Below are positions 13,961 to 27,689 of a stretch of 64,000 nucleotides of DNA, in pieces. Both the position numbers and the translations under genes were made by a program. The notes under the pieces were generated by a model, which saw only the letters and a program-made list of their open reading frames with translations, did not search any database and was not told where the DNA came from. Numbering within the stretch: the first letter of the stretch is position 1; each line of letters opens with the position of its first letter. The stretch is from the human T2T-CHM13v2.0 reference genome, Homo sapiens, in assembly GCF_009914755.1 (NCBI RefSeq), contig NC_060937.1; one strand, 5' to 3'.

Positions 13961-16900
13961 GATTACCTACAAAGGTAACCCCATCAGGCTAACAGTGGAC
14001 TTCTCAGCAGAAACCATAAAAGCCAGAAGAGACTGGGGGCCTAGTTTCAGCATTCTTAAAGAAAAGAAATTCTAATCAAGAATTTCACACCCTGCCAAAC
14101 TAAGCTTCATAAGTGAAGGAGAAATAAAGTCTTTCTCAGACAAGCAATCACTAAGGGAATTCATTGCCACTAGACCAGCCTTACAAGTGTTCTTTAAGGG
14201 AGTTCTAAACATGGAGATGAGCAATATCTGCTCCCATAAAACTATACCTAAGTACCTAGCCCACAGACACTTTAAAGCATCTACACAATAGAAACTACAA
14301 AACACAATCTGACAACTTTATGATAGAATCAGAACCTCCCATATCAATATTAATCTTGAATTTAAATGGTTTTAATGACCTACTTAAAGGGGAAGAGGGG
14401 CAAGTTGGATTTAAAAAAAAAACTCATCTATCTACTATTTCAAAAGACCCACCTCACAGTAAGAACACCATAGACTCAAGGCAAGGGATTGGAGAAACAT
14501 CTATCACACAAACTAAAAACAAAAAAGAGTAAGGGTCTTTATTTATATATCAGATAAAATAGACTTTAAACCAACAACAGTAAAAAAAGGACAAAGAAGG
14601 GCACTAAAAAAATAATACAGGGTTCAATCCAACATATGACTTAACTATCTTATATACACACCCAGCATTGGAACACACAGATTCATAAAACAGGTACTTC
14701 TAGACCTACAAAAAGTCTTAAACAGCAACATAATAGCAGTAGGGTACTTCCACATGCCACTGACAGTGTTAGAGAGACCAAGGCAGAAAACCAACAAAGA
14801 AATTCTGGGCTTACATTTGACTTTTGTCCAATTGAACCTAATAGACATTTACAGAACACTCCACCCATCAACCATAGAATATCAATTCTTCTCAACTGCA
14901 CACAGATCATAATCTAAGACTGACTACATGCTCAGTCATAAAACATGTCTCAATAAATTCAGAAAAGTCAAAACCATACAAACCATACTTTTGGACCATA
15001 GTGGAATAAGAATACAAATCAATACCAAGAACATCATCTAAAACCACAACATTACATGAAAATTAAACAACTTGCTCCTGAAAGACATTTGGGTAAACAA
15101 CAAAATAAAGGCAGGATTTAAAAATTATCTTAAATAAATGAAAACAGAGACACACATATCAAAATTTCTGGGCTACAGCTAACACAGTGTTTATAGTGCT
15201 AAGCACCTATACCAAAAAGTTAAACAATCTCAAATTAACAATCTAACATTACACCTATAGGAACTAAAAGCACAAGATCAAACTAACCCCAAAGCTAGCA
15301 GGAGAAAAGAAATAAATAAAATCAGAGAAGAATTGAATGAAATTGAGATCCAAAAATCCATACAAAGGATCAACAAAATGAAAAGCTGGTTCTTTGAAAA
15401 AAATCAACAAGATTGATAGATCACTAGCTAGATTAACAAAAAAAGAGAAAAGATCCAAATAAGTGCAGTTAGAAATGACAAAGGTGACATTAGAACTGAT
15501 CTCACATAAATACAAAAGATCCTCAGAGACAATTATGAACATCTCTCTGCACACAAACTAGAAAATCTAGAGGAAATAGATAAATTCCTGGAAACACACA
15601 AGCTCCCAAGACTAAGTCCAGGAAGAAATCAAAACCCTGAACAGATGAATACTGAACTCTGAAACTGAATCAGTAGTAAAAAACTTACTAACCAAAAAGA
15701 GCTTTGGAGCAGATGGATTCACAGCCGGATTCTATGAGATGTACAAAGAAAAGCTGGTATAAATCCTACTAAACCTATTCCAAAAATAGGGGAGGAGTGA
15801 CTCCTCCCTACATAATTCTACAAAGCCAGCATCATTCTGATACCAAAACCTGGCAAAGACACAACAACAACAACAAAACTGCTGGTCAATTCCCCTGATG
15901 AAAAAAAATGCAAAAATCTTTAACAAAATGCTAGCAAACCAAATCCAGTAGCATATCAAAAGTTAATTCACCATGATAAAGGAAACTCATCATGATCTAG
16001 TAGGCATTATTCTTGTGATGCAGGACTGGTTCAACATACAGAAATCAATAAATGTGATTTGTCACATAAACAGAATTAAAAATAAAAACCATATGATCAT
16101 TTCATTAGATGCAGAAAAAGCTTTTGATAAAATCCAGCATCCTTTTGTGATTAAAAACCCTGAGCAAACTAGACACCAAAGCAACATACCTCAAAATAAT
16201 AAGAGATATCTATGACAAACCCACAGCCAACATTAGAACATACAAAAGCTGGAAGCATTCCCATTAAGAATGTGAACAAGACAAGGATGTCCACTCTCAC
16301 CACTCCTATTCAGCATAGTACTGGAAGTCCTAGCCAGCGCAATTAGGCAAGAGAAAGCAATAAAATGTATCCAAATAGTAATCGAAGAAGCCAAATTATC
16401 TCCCTTCATTGATGTTATGATTCTATACCTAAAAACCCTGAAGACTCCAACAAAAGGCTGCTAGGGTGACAAATGACTTTAGTAAAGTTTCAGGATATAA
16501 AATCAATGCACAAAAATCAGTAGCATTTCTATGCACCAATAACATTCAAACTGAGAGATAAATCAAGGATGTAATCCCATTTACAATAGTCACAAAAATT
16601 GTAAAATGCCTTGTAATATAGCTAACAAAGAGGTAAAATTTCCTCTACAAGGAGAACCACAAAACACTGCTGAAAGAAATCATAGATGATACAAACAAAT
16701 GGAAAAACATCACATGCTTATTGTCTAGAAGAATCGGTATCATTAAAGTGGCCATAATGCCCAAAGCAGTCTACAATCTACAAAGATTCAACGCAATTGC
16801 TACGTAATTATCAACTTCATTTTTCACAGAATTAGAAAAAAACTATTCTAAAATTCATATGTAACCAAAAAAGTGCTCAAATAGCCAAATAAATTTTTAG

Positions 16901-18348
16901 CAAAAAAGAACAAAGCTGGAGGCATCACACTACCAGACTTCAGAATATACTATAAGGCTACAGTAACCAAAAAAGCATGGTACTGGTACAAAAACAGTTA
17001 CATAGACCAGTGCAACAGAATATAGAGAACCAAGAAATAAAGCTGCACATCTACAACCTTCTGATCTTCAACAAAGTCAACAATAGCAAGCAATGGGGAA
17101 AGGAATTCTTATTCAATAAATGATGTTGGGATAAATGGCTAGCCATATGCAGAAGAATAAAACAGGACCTATATACAAAAATTAACTGAAGATGGTTTAA
17201 AGACTTAAAGGTATGACCTAAAACTATCATAATCCTAGAAGAAAACCTAGGAAACACCATTCTGGATATTGGCCTTTGCAAATAATTTACGACTAAGTCC
17301 TCAAAAGCAATTGCAACAAAACAAAAATTCACAAGCGAGATCTGATTAAACTAAAGAGCTTTTGCACAGCAAAAGAAAGTATCAACAGAGTAAACAGAAA
17401 ACCTGCAAAATGGGAGAAGATATTTGCAAACTATGCCTTCAACCAAGGTCTAATATTCAGACTCTATGAGAAACTGAAACAATTGAACGAGCACAAAAAT
17501 AATAATAGCCTCATTAAAAATGGGCAAAAGCCACGTACAGACACTTCTCAAATGAAGACATATCTATGGCCCACAAATATGTAAAAAATACTCAATATCA
17601 CCAGTCATTAGAGAAATGCAAATTAAAACCACAATGAGAAGCCATCTCACAGCAGTCAGAATTTCTGTTATTAAAAATGACAAAAAATAACAGATGCTGT
17701 TGAGGCTATGGAGAAAACACTCATACATGGTTGGTGGGAAAGTAATTTAGTTCAGCCACTGTGGAAAGCAGTTCTAAGAACTTAAAATAGGACTGCCACT
17801 TGACCCAGCAATCCCATTACTGGGTATATACTCTAATAATAATAATAATAATAAATTGTTCTACAAAAAAGACACATGCACTCATATACTCATTGTAGCA
17901 CTATTCACAATAACAAAGACATGGAATCACCCTAGCTGCAAATTGACAGTTGACTGGATAAGGAAAATATGATACATATATACCATGAAATACTATTCAG
18001 CCATAGAAAAGAACAAAAGTATGTCCTTTGCAGCAACATGGATTCAGCTGGAGGCCATTATCCCAAGCAAATTAATGCAGGAACAGAAAACCAAATACTG
18101 CATGTTCTCACTTATAAGGGGTAGCTAAACATTGAATACACATAGACATAAAGATTGGAACAACAGATAATGGGAACTCCTAAAGGGGGGTGATGGTGAG
18201 GGCGGCAGGGTGAAAAATTACCTGTCAGATACTATGCTCACTACCTTGGTGATGGGATCATTTGTACACCAAAACTCAGCAACACATAATTTACCTGTAA
18301 CAAACCTGCACATGTGTCACCTGAATCTAACATAAAAGTTGAAAAAAT
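13961..18348 (+). mobile_element. L1 LINE, 5'-truncated, L1PA16-like (ORF1 C-terminus, disrupted ORF2, 3' UTR)
   Basis: ORF 15973-16215 gives L1 RT peptide [40 protein letters not shown]; many stops and frameshifts; 3' UTR actatgctcactaccttggtgatgggatcatt...ctgaatctaacataaaagttgaaa; diverged TSD aaggcaactagaaataat / aaggtattagaagtaat. Confidence 0.93.
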
Positions 18349-19546
18349 AAGGTATTAGAAGTAATATCAAGCTTTGTTTTATAAAGGGATGTGATTATTT
18401 AATCTGTTTACTGAGTTTAGTGTAAGATATATTACTGCTCATATTTAAACTTAATAAGTGAATTATATTGATGTAAAGATCAATGTATTTAAAGCAAGAC
18501 AATTCTAAGTTTGAATTCTAGCTTTACAATCTATCATTTGCTTCACCTTACAGTTTTGTTTCCATATCTGTAATATGGTGCTGAGATTACTTAGCATTCA
18601 TTCAGACATAAAATGACTAAGGTAAAACATACACAAAGTGCCTAGCAGAATTCCTGGCTCATATTAAACATCTCTGATATGCCAAGACTTTTTCTTTTCC
18701 CCTTGTGTAAATGTTGTTAAATTATTTTATATCTATTGTATAATTTTTATTCATTTAAATATTCATCTTGTAATCACCATATTTTGTTTATAAGTTGAAA
18801 TGTTTTCTACAGATTTTGGCATAAATTATTTTCCATTTTCAGAACAACTCTTTAAAAAGATAATTGTATTAAAAAGTTGGAATGTGAATAAAATATTTCA
18901 TTGAGAAAAAGTTATAATAACCTTTTGACCATGGGCTAAATTGTAACCATGTGCTATTACCAGGACTAAGAGGTCTGAACCTCTTGAAGTCACAGGGGAC
19001 AATGATGAAGATGGAGCTTAGCCTGATTTTCAGAGTTTCAGGGAGGTCTACAATCAGATAATTTACACTGTCTTAAACACAAAAGAACATAAAATATAAT
19101 TCATCAAATGCATCTCCAAAATTTTATAATGCCAATTCCAGAATCTATTCCTTTGATGACAACCAATTGTTACTAATGTTAGCCTGTCAAGAACTGAATG
19201 GAATCTACAAAATGAAGGTTTAAGTTTAATATTTCCAGGTCAAATAACATATTCTAAAGTACAGAGATCCATTTTGGAGTCAAAATTCAGAAGTAGCTAT
19301 TTTTACTCAACTCACCTTCCCAGGGCACTCAAAATGGTGCAAGAGATTGGTTTTCCACTGTCAGGCTACCCAGGTGAAGATCCTCTTGTTGATGGCAGAA
19401 AGCCCCCGACTGACACTCATGTTCCTACATCTTAGATTGGCCTTCCTCAAGCTTGTTTTCTCAGGTTCTGGGTAGGGACAGGTAGCACTATTATGAGGGC
19501 TGAAGTTAGAGAATGGGAGGAATGAGAAAGTGCTGCCCTGGCATTA

Positions 19547-19840
19547 GATACGCACTCGGTAGAAAACATACTTCACGTGTTCATATAGCCATTTTGTTTT
19601 TTCACTTTCACTACAGTATTTAACAAGTGAGATATTCAACACTTTATTATAAAATGGGATTTGTGCTGGATAATTTTGCCCAATGGTAGGCTAACGTAAG
19701 TGTTCCGAGCATGTTTAACATAGGCTAGGCTGCTATGATGTTTGATAGGTTAGAAGTGTTAAATGCATTTTCAACATCATATTTTCAAATTACGATGGGT
19801 TTACTGAGACATAACCCCATCGTAAATAGAGAGGCATCTG
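19547..19840 (-). mobile_element. MER47A (TcMar-Tigger MITE), one end missing
   Basis: tacgatgggtttactgagacataaccccatcgtaaatagagaggcatctg followed by TA is the reverse complement of the MER47A start CAGATGCTCCTCGACTTACGATGGGGTTA. Confidence 0.85.
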
Positions 19841-19842
19841 TA

Positions 19843-19945
19843 TATTTTGGAAATTAAGCCCTTATCTGATACATAGTTTGCAAATATTTTTCCCATTCCA
19901 CAGGCTCCCTTTCCACTCTCTTGTTGCTTTCTGTGCTGTGCAGAA
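19843..19945 (-). mobile_element. L1 ORF2 fragment
   Basis: cccttatctgatacatagtttgcaaatatttttcccattcc...gctgtgcagaa. Confidence 0.8.
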
Positions 19946-20631
19946 AAAAAAAAAAGAAAGAAAAGAAAGAGAAGAAATCAAAGACTCTGAATGTGTAACT
20001 GATTTGCCCAAGACCACAGAATTAGAAAAAGGCAGAATCAGAACTTGAACTTTATTATTCTAAATCATCCACACTTGTTGGTGCAAAATAAATCCTAAGA
20101 CATTGTTAAAACTTTTCTAGAAACGCCATATGAAATGTTAACTACTTTAAAGAACTTTGAAATATAGGCAAAAGATACCAGTAGAAAATCCTGGTAATGA
20201 AGCCAAGAAGGAAACAGCAATATGTGACAGGCCCTGCGGGCAACATCTGTTTTTGTTTTATACAGTACATTTTCTATGGGAAATTACTCTGAAAGAGGCT
20301 ACTGGCATCTTTTATTCAAGCCAATGACACACACAATATATTGTTTATGTCTACTATCTAAGAGGAAAAGGACCACCAAACAATAATATGTTCACTGAAC
20401 CTGTCTCTTAACTAGCAGGGCCAATTTATAGGTTGATCCAAGAATTTCAGTTGTCATAGTGACCTGCAGACTCATAGATATTTGATGTAATCATTTATCT
20501 TAACAGATTGGATTAATAATGTCCAGTGCTTTTTTCATTCCTTACCACCACTGTTAGAATGTTTATGTCTCCTTACAATTCATATGTTGAAACCTAATCC
20601 CCAGCCCAATAGTATAAGAGGTAGGGCCTTT

Positions 20632-21019
<388 letters not shown>

Positions 21020-21094
21020 TAGGGCCTTTAGGAGGGGATTAGATCATGAGGTCTCTGACCTCATTACTGCTACTATGCCCTTGTAAAGAGTCTA

Positions 21095-21377
<283 letters not shown>

Positions 21378-23909
21378 GAGTCCAGAGGTAGTGTCTTTTC
21401 CCCTTCTGCCACATGAGGAGATGGTGAGACGGTGCCATCTATGAAACAGGAAACAGACCTCACTAGAACTGAATCCTGCTGACACTCTGATCTTAAATTT
21501 CCAGCCTCTGGAACTGTGAGAGGTAAATTTCTGATATTTAAAAGCTAATCAATTTGGTGTATTTTGTTATAGCAGCCCAAATGTACTAAACCACTAACAT
21601 ACAGGATTCAGCTCCATTGTTTGGTAATTGAGTTAAAAAAAATCAAGTGTTTATAGAACAGTTCTGGTGACAGCATCGTGTGGTTCATCAGAATGGTGGG
21701 GGAATAAGCGAGTTCCATTTTCTTACTTCATTCAAAGTAAGAGATACAAAACAATAAGAAAATAGAGAAAAGGTTAATTAATATGGTTATTCATCAGATA
21801 TATTGGAATTTTTACTGTATTAATAAGAATAAACATACTCTCATATTTGAAGTGACCAATGATATATCCTTATTGGTGCAATTATGAGGGTGTGTTCCAT
21901 TCTGCATTCTGATTTTATAACACTAGGAAGCTCTTACTTGAATCAATCCCAGTAGCTATTTGGAATGACAACAATCCTTTTAAAAACAACCTGTTATCCT
22001 TCTCAAAGATAACATGATTATGTAATTTCGTTGTGCAGAACTAGTTCTTTTCTGTCTTAGAAAACGTGAATGTTCTAATTACCCACTCATCTTGGTTCAA
22101 AGACTATGATAATTCCTTAAATTGGATCCTCTGCTGCAGAATACAGAGGTTGGGAAATTATTTTCTGATTGAAAAATGTGAAAAGTCAATTTACTGACTT
22201 TATACTCTTTCTTTGATGTCTAAATATTTATAGTAATGTTGAATTATTCTACAAAAAGTACTTAATATTAACAGTGCTTAATGGTTATACAGAAGTGTAG
22301 TCATCATAAATTGTTTAGAAATTGCAGGTATTTTTTACAGCATCATTCTTAGATAAGTCAGTATTCAGGCCACATTTTTATGCACGCTAGAAAAACAAAC
22401 CAAATGAAGGAAACCTGTCAGAGTAGCTTACCATGGTCTATCTTCAAAATAGGTATGAATTGCTGCTGCTATATCAATAATATGCAATCTATCCAGATCT
22501 TTAAAACTGCTGCAGTTAGCAATACTGGCTGATTTTGGAGTGTGGTGATTTTTTTCCTCCATTATGAATATAACATAGATAAGCTTTCCAAGATGATATT
22601 CTGGAGGTCAGGAGACACCTAAAATATGTCATCATTCTCTGGTGTCTTGCACAAAATCTTATCCAAGGTGAAGCCCTAGCAAATGTAAGTTTAATGAATG
22701 AATAAATGTTATTAATGCCAGTTTTACATGGAGTAGCCAAATAAAATCAGTTCCAAAAGCTCTAATTTAATGGGACAAGTCCATTCTGTCTATACAAATC
22801 TGATCTAAGGGGAATCAGATCTTTTAAGCTTGACTGACATCATTGGCTCCTCTGTAAGTTAGTAAATATTTGTGCTGATATGGCACTTTTACACTGAAAG
22901 AACTGAACAGATTTATAGGAGAGGTATCTTTTCTAATTTAATGCCAGTAGCATTTAACAATGTGCAGCAACAGCTAACACCAAGGGGCCAATGGGTCAGG
23001 AACTTTCCCAAATACTTTTTGCCTATGATTATAATTACATGGACATAGGCTGCAGTAACCATTTAAAAGGCAAAATAAAAAAAAAAGAAAACTGAATATA
23101 ATTAGATGAAATGGAAAGGATGAAAGAAAGAAAGAAAAAGAAAAATCTATAAAGAAAAGGATAAACTTAATAAGATTATTATATTCTTAGAAGCTTTTTT
23201 GTGGCATCCTGTCCACAGGTTAATTAGGATACTTCTCAGATGTGTTCTTCAAAGCCCCAGAATTCAGAGAAGAAACATTGGAAGGAAGAGTATCAGATGG
23301 GTGGATTTATGCCTCCTTCTCCCTTTATTTATAGTTTCATGATATTTCTACAAAATATTTCATGTGAAGAAGGAGTTCCACTTTTTAAAAGTGTGTTATT
23401 GTTACTTGTTTAAATAATCACCTTGTCTAAGAGAAGAAATAATAGGTAGGGTGTAAGAAGGTAAAGGTTTAGGCAATTATCTTCATTCTACATTTGACGT
23501 GTCTATGTTTCAGTCTGCAATACACCCCCCATTAGCTATAGAAAACAGATCTTCAGACATGGATCTTTTATGGCTCCCATTTATCTGCACAGTCCTTTCC
23601 TACTATGTCCTATTTAACTTGGACTCTTCCTAAAGTAGAAACTCCATTTTTCTTCTGACACGGCCTATACTTCCTGCCTTCCATTACCTTGCTCATCTGG
23701 TCTCTCTCCCACTTAAAATACTCTGACTGAGATTTTTAACTTCTCTTCATATCCTTCTTTGAAATTCTTCCTTGAATGGAAATATATTTCAATGCCCTTC
23801 TTCCAACTCCCATATGGATGGGAACTTTTCTTTCTCTGTATTACATGTTACAAACGTGTAACATTTATTATATATTTGCTTTTAGCTTTTGTGCAGATAA
23901 ATTAGAAAA

Positions 23910-24170
23910 TCAGCAGCACAGTACATTGGTGAAGACAAAATGCTCTGGGATCAGAACGCTTCTGCTCAAATCTTAGTTTTCCCATTTAATATATCCATAT
24001 GAACCCTAGCTAATTACTCAAGCATTTGACGCCTCAGTTTTCTTATATGCAAAATGAGAAAAATAAATTGTTCCTTGATCATAGGCATTTTGTGAAATTT
24101 AAATTATAAAAGCAAAAGGCTTATAATAGTACTTTGTATATAGTAAGTGTTCCATGAAACTACTTATTGA
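23910..24170 (+). mobile_element. MIR
   Basis: Core gcctcagttttcttatatgcaaaatgag and 3' gtaagtgttcc. Confidence 0.75.
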
Positions 24171-24699
24171 TACCAGTATTATTTGACACTTTCAGTATTA
24201 CTTGGTAGTTATATGAATATGCATTATTATCCCCAAAAGACTGCAAGTCCTTTTCACAGGATGCATGTTTTCTTCTATTCTTTATATAATATAGAATATA
24301 TCAAGGTGATTAGTATGCAACAGGTAAACATTAATTTTTAACTGAATTGAAATAAATTAAATTAATGTCTGCTGTACTGTAGAGTTCCTCAATACCATAA
24401 TCTTGCATCTTTTTTCTCTCTCTTTTCTGAGTTTCCTGATATAGTTCCAACTTCGGTGATTACATTTGGTTCATAACATGCCTGGTGTGCTTTAATTGGA
24501 AATGCTGTTTTCTTCTCTCCCATAAGGGTAGAAAAAATAAGAGGCATACCATGATTCCATCCATAAGTGGCTGCATTCCAGTGTGATAGAGAGGAGACTA
24601 GCTCTACCCCTGCCTACCAGCGTTCTGGGGAGGCAATCTACACATCCCGTAAATGAAAACTCTTTGTGAGATGCCTTCGTATCCTCTCTTGATGAAATA

Positions 24700-24960
24700 G
24701 GCACAATGGTTAATATCCGTTGGAAGCTTACTATGCTAATAACTCTGTGATAAATTTCTCTGATATATTTTGTATTTATCCCTTCAACAGTGTTAAGAGA
24801 AGTTTAGTATGATTATTCCTCCCCAGCCCTTTTTTTTGCAGATAAGCCAATGAGCTCAGAGAGTTTATACGATGTGCTCAAAGTTACACAGCTAATAAAA
24901 TGGCAGCATATGAATTTGAAGGCTATTTTATCTGAGTTAGGAGACAGTACCTCTTTGCTA
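24700..24960 (-). mobile_element. MIR
   Basis: ttttgcagataagccaatgagctcagagag...ctcaaagttacacagctaataaaatggcag. Confidence 0.75.
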
Positions 24961-25001
24961 GACAGCTTCTTTATATACCAATATCAAAAGTCTTTCTTTA
25001 A

Positions 25002-25131
25002 CCCATTTATGCCTGAAGTTGCAATTTTTTGAATTTTTGCAATCATACGTTGGCGATGACCTTGAGCAGTAGGATATAAATAACTCCCACATGCTTAGCG
25101 TTCAAAAAATGGAATGGTAGGCATAAATACG
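25002..25131 (-). mobile_element. MER85 (piggyBac/PGBD3-derived MITE)
   Basis: TTAA (24998-25001) then cccatttatgcctgaagttgcaattttttgaatttttgc...gatgaccttgagcagtaggatataaataactcccacatgcttagcgttc...ggcataaat; right TIR and TSD degenerate (ggcataaatacg-taaa). Confidence 0.92.
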
Positions 25132-25415
25132 TAAACCATCAGTATCCATCTTTATTAATAAGATTATTTTCAGTGGCTTATATCTCATACCCTTTACAGA
25201 GAACAAATTTTAGCCAGAAGAAGAGCACTAAGGCATTTAAACCCTATCGTGAGTGGATGGACAAGTCCATAAAGTATTATGTCTGATAAAAATAGACTAT
25301 CAACTGACAGTTGTGTTCTCTAGGATTTTGTTTCTCTTCTTTGCCCTTCCTCCTACCCACCCAAAGCTTCTATGTTACAGGAATCTGACTTTTAGTTTCA
25401 AAAATGTAAGCCCTG

Positions 25416-25692
<277 letters not shown>

Positions 25693-27089
25693 AAAAATGT
25701 AAGACCTGAAAGAGCACGTAAAATTTGTGTTATAAATAAAATATTTTCAAAAACATATGAAATATCACATTACTACAATCGAGGCAAGATAGAGTTCTCT
25801 TGACTGGGCAAAGAATAAGGACTAGAATAAGGAAGACGAAAGGGAGGACCTGTAAATGGCTGAGTCTGCGTAAAGAGTTCTTGTGCCTTGTTTATGCCTT
25901 GTCAAGATAGAGTTTTAATATGGTGGGTACTAGAAAGTTCAGACGGTTTGGCAAACACGTATCAGAGAGGACCCGCATAACCTAGCCTCAGAGGAGCACA
26001 GTGGAAGCTGAAAATCCCTCATCGTTTTTACACAGTCAGGACAATAAAATTTGGAAGAAATGTTTGCCTACTATGTCTGGATAAAAGCCTTTAAACAGTC
26101 GTCTAAAGGCTACATGTGCTTCAGAGTGTCATAGGGCACAACAGAGTATGTTGCCTGTTTCTGAAAGAATACACATGTGTTATAGATAACTGTAAGACAA
26201 GAGGAGGACTTTTATCCACAGCACAGTTACTTAGCATACACCTCCGGGGAATGAAATCCAAAGTCCAGTGAGGAACAAGAAAGATAGAAAAGTACAAAGA
26301 CCAACTGCTTTCAATTCCTCGAAATTGACACAGTATAATTTACTAAGGAACCCTGACATAACCCAGCATAGGGGGTAGAAGAAGAGCCTGAACTTTAAGT
26401 GTTCTAGTTTTCCCATCCTGAGGAAAGGGGGCTCATAACAGAAATTTAATTTCAGATGCAGAAAATAAAGTTATATTCTGTGCACAATTCTTATGATCTG
26501 AGATCCATAGCCATTTATAATTATTTCACATTTTAACTTTACTATTTCAATTTAAACCAATATTTTTAGATCTTAGATTTTAATTTATTCCATTTGAATA
26601 AATTAATTTTAAAAAACACTATAAAATGTGCGCATAATCAGCATTAAATGCTGATTCTAAACTCTGTCTATCTTTTTTATAGTGCTCTTAGCAATGGTAT
26701 ATCACCATGGATATTTCCATTGGGAATAACATACCTCTCTTTATTGCCTACTCTTGGCATGAAATTATTATATGATTAACATGTACAATATTTTATACAC
26801 ACATCAATATAAATGAAAACATTTAACCCTTTTTTGCATCTTCTTTAGAAAATTTTCCAAAGGGTCATGTATCACTAATGTTCAGAAAACTTGTTTTAAA
26901 ATATTCTTTTCCCTTTCACTCTTTCAATTCTCTTACCAGTTTTGTTAACGTTTCAAGGTCTCTTCTTCTTCCAAACCAATCTGCTAAAAAGTGACTCCCC
27001 GTGTTGTTCAGGCTAGCTTCTGACTCCTGCTCCCCTACCCACTTCAACTTCAGAATATACCTTTTGGGCTTTCAGCTCATGATGCTCTT

Positions 27090-27600
27090 TCTTTGTTTTG
27101 CTTATCTATTATTACATAATACCCACTCCAAAATTTAGTATCTTAAAACAACAAACATTTATCTGCATCCAGTTCTCTAATTTGAGCAGCATTTGGAAGA
27201 GATAGTTTTTCTGTGCTGCATGTGATGTCATCAATAGAAGCTCAAATGGAGCTGTAAGACCCACTTCTAAAATAACCCCACTCAGGTGTTTGGTGAATTG
27301 TGCTGGCTGATGGATAGGAGCTCTGCTAGGGCTGTACTGTCAGAAGCCCTAGTTTTTCTCTACCTAACCTCTCCATGGGGCTAGATTAAATTCACATAAT
27401 GGTAGTCTCAGGACAATTAGATTTCTTATATGGAGAATGGCTTCCCAAAAAGGAAAAAAGTTGCTAGGCTTTCTTACATCTTAGGCTCAAAGCTTGAGAG
27501 CATTACTTCCAACACAACTTATTGATTATAAATTAGAAGGGAGTGGCTTCACAAGACCATGTACAGCAGATGCTATGGTTCCTTAGGGGACATCAGTGAA
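27090..27600 (-). mobile_element. Old MaLR LTR (MLT1H-like)
   Basis: ccaaaatttagtatcttaaaacaacaaacattt...ggtagtctcagg...cattacttcc; boundaries approximate. Confidence 0.65.
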
Positions 27601-27689
27601 ATAGTTTCTCATGCTGTTTTATCATGTCAGTCTCCAGCTGTCATGTATATTAAAAATGTATCCATTGTTTCGAATTTTTCACAATGAAG

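Noticed and set aside
13961-18348. L1 ORF1/ORF2 as functional CDS
   Set aside because: 5'-truncated with many stops and frameshifts; the RT catalytic FADD motif appears decayed (ttcattgatgtt).
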